A stretch of DNA of 64,000 nt from NCBI GenBank assembly GCA_013239625.1, contig MU053431.1, positions 434,001 through 498,000 on the forward strand, in the 5' to 3' direction. Within the stretch, counting starts at the first letter, position 1. Every line of letters starts with the position of its first letter. This stretch comes from Lama guanicoe. Lineage: Eukaryota. A program made the translations under genes and the position numbers. This document shows, piece after piece, positions 1 to 11,787 of this stretch. The notes beneath the pieces are model-generated. The model worked only from the letters and a program-made list of their open reading frames with translations, was not told where the DNA came from and ran no database searches.

Positions 1-103
1 GGGGACTGCTGGGTCATGTGGTAAGTCTGTTTTAGCTTTTAAGGAACCTCCATTCTCTTTTCCATAGTGGCTGCAACAAGCTACCGTCCCACCAACAATG
101 TAG
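1..103 (-). mobile_element. LINE-1 ORF2 3' fragment, runs off the window start
   Basis: The reverse complement aligns by eye with the L1 copy at ~28258-28365 (ggtggga...gcagccact.tggaaaa...gacttaccacatgacccagcag). Confidence 0.9.
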
Positions 104-738
104 GCCCCACCCCACCCCGATCTGTCCTTATCTGTCTTGTGGCTTCTGTTGCAGCCCAGACATTCCAAATGCCCATCTGATATTTTGTGAAAAGGAGTCA
201 GCTGTGTGGGCACGGCATGCTTTCAGGGGGACAGAAGCCTGAGTTCACAGTTTAAGTGCAGTGAGTCGAGCCCTTGCTGTGAGGCTCTGCGTGGCCCAGT
301 CTGCGTGCGTCCTCACACTTGATCTCCCAGGAGTGCCGCGTGTGAGCGTCAACTAGTCCCCTTTGGTAGCAAATGCCGGTCTCGCTGGGTCCCTGCGGTC
401 AGGCCTGGTGCTTAGGGAGAGTGGCCCGTGGGCCAGCACAGACGGTCTTCCTTACATGTGTGTCCCCCATGTTGTGCTTGCTCCTCAGCACGAAAGAAAT
501 GAGTCTCTCCCAGACTTGGTCCAGTGGACGTTGACGTGCTGATGTAGAAGATGCAGTGCTCTGTCAGTCAGCACCGATCTGCCTCGGAGCTGCCGACCCT
601 GGGTGGGTGCATTTCCAGCCCTGCTGCTCCGTCAGACTAGGACCACCCAGGAGAGTCCCCTCCTGGGAAGGAGGGCACAGGGCTCCGTGAGGACCTCGGC
701 CCAAGTCCACCCAAGGACAGGCTCTTATTTTTGTACAG

Positions 739-817
739 AAAACGATTGACTGGAACACACCAGCCCAGCCAGCAGTGGGGCTGAGCCGGACAGTCCCCGA
801 ATCTCCTGCTGAGCCAG
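739..817 (+). other. Candidate internal exon (79 nt), product unknown
   Basis: Acceptor tcttatttttgtacAG and donor CAG|GTACAA. Only one of three frames is open (KTIDWNTPAQPAVGLSRTVPESPAEP). No recognised homology. Confidence 0.25.
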
Positions 818-1080
818 GTACAAATACCACGTGGACGAGAAACTAGAAAAGAGCCTTATGTGTCTCTAAGGGGAGATGCCGAGACTAATTCGAAACCTGT
901 CATCTCATTTCTGTGGAAATGGGTGCATCTGCTCTGTGTAAGTGCTGGATTAAAGGGCCGGGCGAGGAAGGGGAGCCCCCAAAGCCGCCTTGTCATCATC
1001 CACCATCGCTCTTTGCTAGTTACTAGAGCAACCCGAGCTGTGGCTGGGTGCCAGCAGCCAGGAGGTTCAGGTCGACTGCC

Positions 1081-1120
1081 TGTGTCAGTCAGGGTTCTCT
1101 AGGGGAACAGAACCAACAGA

Positions 1121-1151
<31 letters not shown>

Positions 1152-1628
1152 TGGATAAATAGATACATATCAGGAGACTGATTGTAGGAATTGGCCCGCA
1201 TGGATATGGAAGCTGGTGAGTCCCACCGCTGGCCGTCTGCAAGCTGGAGACCCAGGAAAGCCGGTGGTGTAATTCAGTCCAAGTCCAGAGGCCCAGGAGA
1301 TAGTTGGGAAGGGGGAAGGGCAGGTGATGACTTAAGTATTGGTCCAAGTCCGAGGGTCTGAGAACCAGGGGCTCTGATGTCCAAGGGCAGGAGAAGCGGA
1401 TAGCTCAGCTCAAGCAAAGAGAGCAAATTGGTCCTCTGTCTTTTTGTTCCGTTCAGTCCCTCAACAGATGGGGTGATGCCCGCCTAACCGGTGAGGGCCG
1501 TCTTCTCTAACTAGTCTCTGGTTCACACGCTCATCTCTTCTGGAGACATCCTCGCAAACATCCCAGAACTGGTGCCTTGCCCGCTCTCTGGGCACGCCTT
1601 CTCCCAGTCACATAAACGAAGCGTCCCG
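1081..1628 (-). mobile_element. ERVL solo LTR, MLT2 family
   Basis: Begins tgtgtcagtcagggttctctaggggaacagaac, the reverse complement of the MLT2 3' end. Contains the typical gtctgcaagctggagacccaggaaagccggtggtgtaattcagtcc segment and an internal (AGAC)n. Confidence 0.9.
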
Positions 1629-1916
1629 CCTCCCGTCCAGGGCTTTCTCGACAGCACCGTGATGCCCGCAGAGCAGCTCTGTGTGTGGACCCTCCTCTCG
1701 GGCGCCCTCCTGTGACGGGCCGTCGTGTTCTGTTAGGACTGGGACTGCCTGCAGACAAATGCCCCCACTGAAGGCCGGCTGAGGGGACAGCGGGCAGAAA
1801 GGCCCCCCACCCGGTGAGCGGCAGCCCGGCGTTCCTGCCCTGGTAACTGGCCCCTCCGGCAATCTCCGAATCTTTTGTTTGCGTCTCCGCAGTGTTCTTT
1901 GTTGTTTTCTCTAAAG

Positions 1917-2035
1917 CAAGGAGTGTCCTGAGAGACAGCTGGGACGCCTGTACGAGCAATATGCTTGCCTCCCGACTCCGCCGTGGCATCGCCCTGTCCT
2001 TGGTTGGATGCGTTATGTTTGAAGACACTGGATTT
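1917..2035 (+). other. Candidate internal exon (119 nt; alternative in-frame acceptor gives a start at 1893)
   Basis: Long pyrimidine tract tgttctttgttgttttctctaaAG and donor TTT|GTAAGC. Open in the phase left by 739-817. Confidence 0.3.
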
Positions 2036-4719
2036 GTAAGCACAGAGCCATCCGCACGTCAGCGAGGCAAGTCTGAGTAACTAGCAGCGGTCAGAGTTGC
2101 CTTGGCTACAGACTGGGAGAAGGGCTGGAGGGAAGCCTCCAGCTCGGGGCGGGCTTGGCGGCCGATCAAACACTGGACGGGAGGGGCCCTCGCCTGGCCT
2201 CCGACCACGCCATGAGGAGACAGGCTGGCTCCGCGTGGCCGGCAGGGCAGGATCCAGGGCTCACTCCCGTGCCTCCCAGACCAGTACTGCTGCATCCGCG
2301 CTGCTCCGGAGAACCGCGGGAGCTAAGCACCGAGCTTGGAGTGATCGGAGCTCTTGAGGAAGGAGTTTCTGTGCTGTGCACCAGCCCCTGGGGATTGTGT
2401 CCCATCCTCCCAACCTAGCCAGTCCCCACAAGTGCCTCTCCCGCGGCCGGAGGAGCAGCAAAACCTTACCCTGCTTTTGGAGCCTGCGTGGAAGGCCAGG
2501 GGACGAACGGCTGTGGGGTAAAAAGTGCTCAACAGGATGAAAGCACGTGTCCGGGGGCCCTGGAAGCCACTCTCACCTCTTCTAAATTAGATCTGGGGGA
2601 CTACGCGCTTTTTGCGGGGGTAGAGTTGCTCCCTAAGCAGCTCTGAAAACATGCCTCTTTCTCCTTCTGTCCTCAACGGGAAGCAGGATTTGAAAAGCCG
2701 TATTAACCAGAAGAATATAAACATTCTCAGACAGATGCGATGTGAGGGATGAATTCATACAATTTTTAGGTCCGTTGAATAAATATTTAATATACGTGGA
2801 CCCACGTTGCTCCTGGGGTTTCCTAGAACGGTTCTCACATCAAACATGCTGTCTCATTGACCATGCAAGGAAATTCATCCACACAAGCGTTTCCTGGTGC
2901 TGACTTCTGGAATACAGCCCCTGCCAGTCTAAGAGATGGGAAGACTTAGACCCAGGCTCTTGTCCTCACAAGTGTCCTGTCTGCGTGTGACAGGAGGGGA
3001 GTGTGTCAAACATCCGTACGAGAGACGTTTGTCTGCAGGATAGGACTCGGGGCCACAGGAGTGACACAGGAGGTGGCCTGCAGGCCGAGCCCTCACCTGC
3101 TTGTTTCCAGTGCTTGGTCTGTGTTGGGGTGACCTCATCTCGTGGGACAGAAACACATGGCTCAGCTTGGGACAGTCCACTGCAGGTCGGTGGAGCTTTG
3201 TCTGCCCAGAGCATCACCAGCGTGGACCACCTTGGATTCCTCCCGTTTCGCTGGGGCCGTGTTGGCATGTTGTGTTCTTAGTTTATGCTCCGCGACTGAG
3301 CAAGGTGGGAGTTTGTTCCAAACAGTGCAGCTGGAAGTCTCAGTTGCTTCCCGGAGGACAGTCGTACCAGAAATCCTCTACTCCTGACTCCAGCCAGTCT
3401 AACTGTTGTCGCCGGCTGGCGCCACACTTGCGGTTGGTGTATCCGTTAGCCCCTCTGCCCGCCGTCACTCAGGGCTGTGCTCGCGCTTGAATTACATGTC
3501 CCTACACTGTCCCTTAATAAGGATGTGCCATTTAGTCCTGCACTTGTCCCTGTGGGGGGCATCGCCCTCCCCCAGGGCTGCTGCACTCAGCCTCCCCCCC
3601 CCCCAGCCAATTCATCAGCTTCAATTGCTGGTCTGTTCGCTGCGCTTGGCGCCAGACAGGCCGGGAAGCCTCAGCTGTGCAGAGCAGTCAGCCCCGCCTC
3701 CATCCACATAGATGACAGCAAGGAATAGCCCGGATTTCTCCAAGTCCTGGGGCCGCAGCTTCTCCTGTGATCTCAGAGCGGTTCTGCTCGCCCTTGGTAA
3801 AGGGACCTTCCCCGTCGACAACTCGGACGTTCTCTCCTTGCACCTCTGTGGCTGTGGAGCAGCTGCCCAGAGTGACCAGTTCCCGGAGCACAAAGACAGC
3901 TTCCCAGCGAGGATCGCCGCGGCTTCCGTCCCGGGTGCCAGGCGCCGGCCTGCGCCTTCTTTCCCTCGTGCAGGCTTCCTTGTAGCACGACGGGGTGGGT
4001 TTTATGACGACACTCAGCCTGAGGACCAGTGAACTGACCTTGAGGAGGTGAAATAACACACTTGTCGCTGTCAGTCAGCGCGAGGCCACGCCGGGGTGGC
4101 AGCTGGGGCTCTCTGACTCATACCCCCCAACCCTGTCACCGTATAAACCAGCGTGCCGTGCATGCGTTCCTCTTGGATAAGCGCAGCCTGATGCTCAGAC
4201 GCTCTTTGCGATATTCCCGTCAGAGGCTCACCCCACCTCTACTGAAACCGCGGAGACGATGGGAAACTCGTGGTTTCCTGAAGCACCCACTGCTTCGTGG
4301 GGGAAGGTCTGATCACTCTCCCAGTGTGTCCCTTGGACCACTCCTGATTCCTTGGAATGTTAATCTAGGTTCCTATAAAAACATCAGGTAAGTGCTCAGA
4401 CGTATTGAACAATACCAGGTAAAACAAAGCGAGATGAACATCCCCCACGCAGGACTTCTCAGGGCCTTTCATGTGCAGGGTAGGTGTGACTCTTCAAGCA
4501 GAGATACTGCTCTGAATTTGCCGAGCGTGTTTCACTTGGACTGTGTGTCTGTGAGGCGTCTTAGAGACCTAGAGCAGGTTACACTTTGAAAAACTGCTGC
4601 TGCAAGAGAAACAAAAGAATGTGCGTTGATCCTTGTTGCCCGCGCAGCTCCCATAAATTCCCTGCGAAGCCGGGACCGTGAGAGCCGGGCAGCTGCTCCC
4701 AAGGACTTATTTACAGATG

Positions 4720-4903
4720 GAACACTCTGTGTTACATAATCATCTCAGGTCTTAGAAACGGCTCATCCTGGCACATTCTATTTTCTTTATTTTATAAAAG
4801 AGAAACAAGTCTCGGAAGTGTTAAGTGAGCTGCCTGAGGCCGCCCTACTGACAGGCACCGGAGCTGGGACTCGAACCCCAGCCGGCGGATCCCAAGAGCT
4901 GGG
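4720..4903 (-). mobile_element. MIR SINE fragment
   Basis: attttataaaagagaaacaagtctcggaagtgttaagtgagctgcctgagg...gagctgggactcgaaccc matches the antisense MIR core and B-box. Confidence 0.75.
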
Positions 4904-6629
4904 GCTTCCTGCCCCTGTCGGCACCGTCCCGCCCCGCCCACTCCATCCTCTGCTCAAATCTCCGAGGGCCACTTTGGCTCCACCTCTGCTGTGAACACGC
5001 GCTCGGATGACTCACGTGGTCACTTCTCTGCACATGTCTGTGTATGACTGCCAAAACGCTGTGAGTGTTGACTTGGGGGCTTGCAAATTAATTTTAATGA
5101 GCAGGCAAATTCACAAATAGAGAAATCAAGGCCAATAAGGACCAAGTGGGGATCGCTGCCCTGGCTTCACGCAGCTTCGTCATTGGGCAAGACCGTGTGC
5201 ACGTGCACCGAGCTCCAACTTCGCTGACTCCAGTTAAGAGAGAAAAAGTGTCTGTGAAGAAGCTGGCGCCATTTATGTCAGAGAGGAAGTATCTTGTTTT
5301 AAGACCTCCAAAAGTCACACCCATTTTTCACATGGATCTTCAAAAGTATGTAAAGGAAACGCACACCATGAATAAAGAAAATACTAGAGTGTGTATCTCG
5401 TTAAGAGAGCACTTATTTATGAAAAGCAATTAAAGTTAGTCTGGTGACAGTAAGAGCTCATGCAGCCTGCGGCCATCCGGAGGAGAGCTCCTGGCTCCCT
5501 CGTGTCCCTTCTCGCCCCTGGGGCGGCTGAACCTCGTCTTCTGGCTGTGGGGTCTGCTGACATCTGGCCCTGTGGGGGCCACCTGAGCCGTCCTGCTGTG
5601 GCCTGGCCTCGCCTCCTCACGTTTCCTCTGCTCAAAGCGGTAACTGGAGGCACACACATGCTTTCCCCAGGGATGTTTGGGGAGTAAAAGGAGAAAGAGA
5701 AAGGTGAATCCCCTTCCCTGAAAAAGGAAGACAGAAGGAAAGAGGTGAAGCTGGAAGATTCTCTGATGATTTTTCCTGGACCTGAGTCCCAGCCTGAATG
5801 GGACTGGCGCTCCCGCGTGGGGACGGCTTAGAGGAGGGGCTGGTCGCGCTAGAGCCGTGGGTCTTCGGCTGGACCACCTGAGGAGCTTCCTGGAGGCGGG
5901 GCTCTTTAAATACAGATGGGGAAGGAAGCGCTCCGCGGGCCGGCACCGTTAGCCCGCCTGCTGTGTGTGAGGGATGCACGGCCCCCCGGCTGCTGGCTCG
6001 GACGCCACGCTGTACCAAGGTCCCCATATGACACCCTAGAATGGTAAGGCCGGAAGCACCTGCTGTGGGTGGTCTCCGGAGCAGAGCTCTGTGTCCCCCA
6101 GGTGAGCAGTTCAGTGCATGTTGGAGATCCGGGCGTGGCTGCTTCTGTGTCATCACACAAAGCCATCTGCATCGTTCTTCTAAGGCGGTGTTACAGGAAG
6201 GACGCTATTAATGAAACTGTTCTTTCATCAAGGACTCCATGGGCGTAGACGCGCAGGCACCCCGCCGCCTTCCCTCCCCCGGTGTCCGCTGCTGGTGGCG
6301 GAGTCAGTGCGTGTGCTCTCATCCTCTATCACCGCCGCCCGGCAGGGCCTTGGCAAGTGCTGCTGTCTGGCTCTGCCCAACAGCCACGCAGTCGGAGGCT
6401 CCCGGGGCACTTAAATTCCGAGCTCTGGTGTGTCTGTTAAATTCCCCTGAGTGATTCTACCGTACACACAGAACTGCGGACCCCTGGCCGAGACTTGGAT
6501 TCAGGAGAAAGTTAATTCAGGGGAATTTGAAGAGAAAAGACTGACTTTTCTAAAGCCTCAAATGGACTGAGGTCTTTCATCGGAGTCCTGGATGCGAACG
6601 TCAGGCGGAAGCCGCCCGGGCCTTTGGAA

Positions 6630-6632
<3 letters not shown>

Positions 6633-6662
<30 letters not shown>
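6633..6662. repeat. (TC)n microsatellite
   Basis: Directly visible dinucleotide run. Confidence 0.97.
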
Positions 6663-6665
<3 letters not shown>

Positions 6666-7199
6666 GTCGTATATGTAAAACGCTCTCAGTCCCCACCCCA
6701 GCCCTTAATCTGTTTTCAGTCTGAGGACACAGGTAGGACTGTAGGAGTCACCCGAGCTGGGCCACCCCAGCGCCACAGTACTCACGAAAGATTGGCTGAC
6801 TGAATCCATGAAAGTGTTTTTTAGAATTGTTATGCATGCTTAATTTTAAAGCACACGCATATTTAATTTTCTCTTCATTAAGAGTGTATTTATAAAGATA
6901 ATAATGAGCAATATCCTCTATGGACAGATGGGTAGGGCGACACTGGAAGTATCAGCAGGGGGCCCCGTGCTGTGTGTTCTCCACCAGAACCTGACGAGAC
7001 CCCTGTCCTCACCAGGAACCACCCACACCCCAGGGCCATACATAGCATTGCCGCTATCAGGTGTCTTCCCAGCACACCAGCAGCAGCAGGAAACTTCTGC
7101 AAAATCCCATCTGGGCCCCAGGCACGGGGTGACGTGGAATCCACTGTCATCGGACGGGGGGGGTGGTGTGTGTGTCTGTGTGTGCGCGTGTGCATGGGG

Positions 7200-8560
7200 A
7201 GGTGAAATGAGCGACAGCAGTGATGTAAGAGACAGAAGGAAGGAATTTGGGTTATTTTGTTATTATAAGACACTCACACTACCCATGAAGTGGTATAGTG
7301 TTATTTGGAAACGAAATCCCTTAAACAGCTGAATAAAAACCACCAAAGGCAGAAAAACAGTAGAAGACGAAAAACAGGAACAAACGACCAGAGCAACAAA
7401 GAGGAACCAGCAGTGAGCACGGTAGGTGTTAGCCCTGCCTGTCCGGGGCACTCCACGTGTCAGTGGTCCAAATGCACCGGTTAAAGACAGGTCGTCAGAG
7501 TGGATTAAAAACACAGCCCACTGCATGTTGTCCGCAGGAAACCCACTTTAAACTTCAAGACACACATCGGTTAAAAATGAAGGGCTGGAGGAGGATACCT
7601 CGTGCTAACGCTAATGAAAACAAAGCAGGAGCAGCTGTGGTGGCGTCGGACAGAGCCGACCTCGACCAAGGAGGCTTACCGGGGATCGGTGCGTAAGGAT
7701 GAAAGGGCTGCTTCGTGCAGCGGGCGCCAGCGTCCCTCCCCGGTGCGTGCCTAACAGCAGAGCGCCAGGCTGCCTGAAGCAGAGCCTGACAGGACTGCGA
7801 GGGGAAAGGCGAACCCACTGTTACGACCGGAGACCCCAGGACCCCCCGTTACCGACGGACAGATCCCGGAGGCAGATAACTAGGAAGGACGGGGTTGAAC
7901 CCAACACCACCACCAGTCAGCTGGGTGTAATGACATCTACAGACAGCGTCACCCAACAAGAGCCCAGTGCACGCTTTTCTCAGGCTCACGTGGGGCGTTC
8001 ACCAGGACAGACCGCATTCTGGGCCATGAAACACGTCATCGTGTCTAAATGAGTAGAAATCCTACCGTATCTGCCATCAGACAGACCGCAGTGGAATTAA
8101 TCGAGAAATCAGCAACAGTAGGAGAATGAAAAAAAGTCCAAAATATGTGGAGAAAAAGAAAAAGACAACACACTTGTAAAAATGCATGGGCCAGAGGAAA
8201 AAAAATCTCCAGGGAAATTTTTAAATATTTTGAACTAAATGAAAATAGAAACACACCTTATCAAAAATTTTAGGATACGGCAAAAGCTGTGTCAAGGGGG
8301 AAATTTATAGCATTGGATGCATTTATTAGAAAAGGAGAAAGTTCTAAAGTCAACAATCTACGTTTCTGCCCCAGCAAACTAGGAAAAAAAGAGCAGATTA
8401 AATCCAAAATGAGCAGAAGAAAGGGGATAAAAAGAACTGGGGCAGAAATCAATGAAATTGAAAACAGGAAATTGATAGAGAAAACCAATGAAACCAAAAG
8501 CAGTTCTCTGAAGAGCTCAGTGAAGTTGGTGCGCCCCTCGCCAGGCCAGCTAAGCCGGAA
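7200..8560 (+). mobile_element. Old L1 (L1M-type): inter-ORF region plus frameshifted ORF2 N-terminus (APE endonuclease onward)
   Basis: Translations CCPQETHFKLQDTHRLKMKGWRRI..N..KAGAAV..SD and RGKFIALDAFIRK...AEINEIENRK.IEK.NETKS are L1 ORF2p motifs, broken by frameshifts and stops. Confidence 0.95.
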
Positions 8561-8601
8561 GGAGAGACTCGGCGGGTGGGTAGTCAGTTCAGAAATGACG
8601 C

Positions 8602-9000
8602 GTTGAGCAAGTCACCGGTGCCAGGCGCTCTGCTGGGATGCCATGCGAGCAGGACAGACGTTGCCCCTGCCCGGCTGGCCTGCAAGGGCAGTGAGGGACG
8701 TAAGTGATCTGAGTAAACGCCTAGGTGAGGCTGCTTCAGGTCGGCTACGTGCACTAAGAGCAGGGAGTCAGGCTGTTGAAGAGGATGACAGCGTGCGCTG
8801 GGAGCTGCTTTAACCGGGGTGGTCCGGGGGGGCTTCTCGGAGGAGGTGGTATCTGAGCAGAGCCTGAGTGGGCGGGAGACGGCCTGGGCGGAACGTGGAG
8901 GGTGGAGTCACAGTTCACGGCGGCAGGTGGGGCTGGACGCCCGGACAGGGACGTGCTTAGTGTGTCTGAGACCCGAGATGAGACCTGGCGTGGCCAGAGG
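8602..9000 (-). mobile_element. L2 LINE 3' fragment
   Basis: ttgagc...gtgccaggcgctctgctggg...cccctgccc...ggcttctcggaggaggtggtatctgagcagagcctga is the antisense L2 3' pattern. Confidence 0.75.
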
Positions 9001-9499
9001 GGGTGGCAGGCGGGGCGCTGGGGGCGAGGGCAAGCCCAGTAGCGCGGGCGTGGGGGCTGGGCCGCGTTGTTCCCGGGGCAGAGCGGAGCCTTGGGGGACT
9101 TCAGGCAGGGACTGTGTTTCAGAGGGTCTCCCTGGAAGCAAGCTGCACGTCAGCAGCCTCACACTCGACCCCGCTGGCGCCGTATGTACCCTTATGTTCA
9201 GAGGCCGCTTTAGTCCCGCCTCTTCGGGTGCCTTCTCTGGACACGAGCCAGCTCTTTCCCCTGGTGAGACCCAGCGGCCCGACCTTCCCGGCTTGGCTCA
9301 GCGCCCGGCTCACCTCCGTTAGCGCAGCTTTAGGAGCAAAGCCCGCGGCGTGTGCCCTGGCCCCGTGAAGTCCCACCTGCTCTGGAGCAGAGGTGGGGCT
9401 CAGTCTGGAAGGGGAGATCCAGATGCCCCGAAAGGCATGGGCAGAGCTCAGTCCAGAGGCATGTCTGCAGCCCAGTCGGCGGGTCTGCTGACGGGGGCA

Positions 9500-10040
9500 G
9501 AGGTATTTCAGACAGAAGGGAGTAGCTGAAAGAATGAAAGGGTGGGTTTATTGGAAAGACACAGAGTTATGTCACTGAAGCTGGACGTGTGGCGGGTGAG
9601 GGACGGGGTGGAGCTGGACATTGAAGACAGTGCCAAGAAGACTTCTCTGGGCCACAGAGTCTCCACCAGCTTTGCTCCACGTCTCTGTCTCTGTCTCTGA
9701 GTTGGTGTCTCCGGACGTCCAGGCACTTGTCTCCCTCTGATGCTCTGTCTGCCGTTGGCGTGCAGGTGTGCACCTGCTTCCCCATCTGTGTGTGTGTCTG
9801 GCAGCCCTCCCCATCCTCTGCACCAGTGCACACCTGTGTCCACCTTCTCCCCTGTGGCTGAAGATGGCCAATCCAGTACGCAGCCTCAGGACTGAGGTTA
9901 AATCCCTTCCAGGTTAAGCCCTTTGCGCCCTCTGCTGTGACCGATTCCCACCTGACTGGATGTGCAAGGATCTGTTATCCCCCTGGTCCAATCAGCCGTT
10001 CCCAGTGGGACGGGTGATGCCTTCCTGACATGACTGGAGG
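9500..10040 (-). mobile_element. Old MaLR LTR (MLT1J/K/L-like), degraded
   Basis: gggtttattggaaag near the start, aagatggcc, and ccctggtccaatcagc match the antisense old MLT1 layout. Confidence 0.5.
9925..9938 (-). promoter_or_regulatory. CTCF-like motif
   Basis: Minus strand reads ACAGCAGAGGGCGC, 13/14 to CCAGCAGAGGGCGC. Motif match only. Confidence 0.4.
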
Positions 10041-11052
10041 GCAGCCCTGTGTCTGGAACGGGGAGGGGTTCCTTGTTGATGGAGGGCTGTGGGCTGGGCA
10101 GAAGCCCCACAAAAAGGGCCCCGCTGGGATGTCGTGCAGGCGACAGAGTGGCCAGCGTGGCTGCAGGAAGCCGTGTTCAGTTCTTGGTCACGTGGCTCTC
10201 TCCGGGCTGCTCACCCAGCCAGAGGAGGTTCCCCAAAGGGAAAATTACAGCGGTGGCAGATGCATTACAGCCCTTTCCACTTGCAAACTCTTGACACATT
10301 CTTCCTCCTGTTTCCAAACCACAGGGGACAAAGAGAAAGGAAACAGACAACCTCGCTCGAAGGAGCTACATTTTGAGCCTGCAGGGCACCGATCACGCGT
10401 CTTTCGACACTGGGGGCTGCTGTGTGAGGACCCACGCCCGGCCCCCACCTGTGCCTCCCCGCCGCCTTCTCCACCTCATACCCAGGGCTGGGGTGCAGTT
10501 GTTTCTTCAGGCTGGTGCTTATTTGCATGAGCAGATGGCTGGTTAGTGTAAGTGGAATAAAATATTTTTAAAATAATATTTAACAGACGGGGAGAAGGAG
10601 GCTCACCGCAGTCAAGCACCCGTCATGTCACTTGAATTCCATGAAACCTCCCTTAGCTTGGAGGCCACCCCCAACTCTCTCTTGTGATGAATGTGGGTTC
10701 AGTGTGTTTTGCTACGTTCGAAGCAAGGAAAACCTCGCGAGCATCTTTGAAAGTGTGAGCTCCTGCCTCCCTGGCCCCCAGCCCCCCCGCCTCCTGCAGG
10801 CTGTTTCTCCAGAGCCCCTTCCTCGTCCACGTTGCCCCTCCCTGTCCTTCTCCCTTTGTTTTTACATTTTCTGTCATTCTGCTCGTTGGGCCATTTTCCT
10901 CTTTGCGTTTCTGTTCTGTCTCTGAGCCTTATTTCGTTGCTCCTTAACTCCCCTGTGTAAGGAGCTGGGCAGGCATCACGTCTTCCTTGCTGTCTGCGGA
11001 CACCTCCTGTCCCTTGTTCAGAGTCTGTGTCATGAGTTCTCTGTCACTGCAG

Positions 11053-11275
11053 CCTCGGGCGAGGGGAGAGGCTGGATTCCAGGAGAGCTGCTCCGATGAA
11101 GAAAAGGTGGGACCTTCCCCCACGTCGCAGCTGTGCACCTTTTCTGAAACAGAAGGAGCAGAAAGTGAAAACGCCTCCCGCACGGCACCTCCCCAAGTCC
11201 AGCCGCTGGTTTAGTGTTGGTTTTCTCTGCGCAGATCACCTCCCTATTCGTAAAAGATAAATTAATAAAATTAAA
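11053..11275 (+). other. Candidate terminal exon with stop codon and polyadenylation signals
   Basis: Acceptor ttctctgtcactgcAG, a phase-0 frame open to TAG at 11212-11214, then AATAAA at 11264-11269 and ATTAAA at 11270-11275. Confidence 0.2.
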
Positions 11276-11294
11276 ACTGTGACAACAAGAGACT

Positions 11295-11610
11295 TTCTGT
11301 CGTCACCGGAAGTGGCAGGGCAGGCCCCTTGCCGCGGGGACACGGTCAGCCTGAGGCTCCATCGACGGACGCGAGGAGCCCCGCCGACCGCATTCAGGTT
11401 CAGTCTGTGAAGCGCCTTGAAGGAGCCCCGCCCCCGGGGCCCCCAGGCTCCCGGCTGAGAGGCCTGCTGGTGCCGGAAAGGCGCCGAGGCCACGCGCGCC
11501 CGCGGGGCCCGTCCTCCCCTGGCGTCAGGGGCCGTCTCTCCAGGGCGCCGAGCTGACGTTCCGCGCCGCACCCGCGCCCCTCCGCGGCCTTCCCTGGCCT
11601 GCCCCTCCCC
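11295..11610. promoter_or_regulatory. CpG-island-like block with a perfect ETS motif
   Basis: Very GC- and CpG-dense. ACCGGAAGTG at 11305-11314 and a TGACGT CRE-like half-site near 11554. Confidence 0.5.
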
Positions 11611-11680
11611 CAAGCCAGCCTCACAGTGACCCCCGAATCAGGGACGTTTGTTACTCTGGAAAGGGCTTCAGCACTCCCCA

Positions 11681-11704
11681 CCCCCCCCCCCCCCCCCCCC
11701 CCCC
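11681..11704. repeat. C24 homopolymer (G24 on the minus strand)
   Basis: Directly visible. Confidence 0.95.
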
Positions 11705-11734
11705 TTTCCCCTCTCTGTCCCCGGTGCCCTGATC

Positions 11735-11773
11735 TTTTTTTTTTTTAACTTTTTTTTAATTGAGTTATAGTCA
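11735..11773 (-). mobile_element. Extreme 3' end and A-tail of a young L1, cut off by the assembly gap
   Basis: ttttttaactttttttaattgagttatagtca is the reverse complement of the tail at ~28951-28982 (ggactgtaactcaattaaaaaatgttaaaa). Confidence 0.8.
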
Positions 11774-11787
11774 NNNNNNNNNNNNNN
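11774..11787. other. Assembly gap (14 N)
   Basis: Run of n characters. Confidence 1.

Noticed and set aside
7457..8606. Active or domesticated endonuclease/RT gene
   Set aside because: Multiple frameshifts and stops, and it ends before the RT domain.
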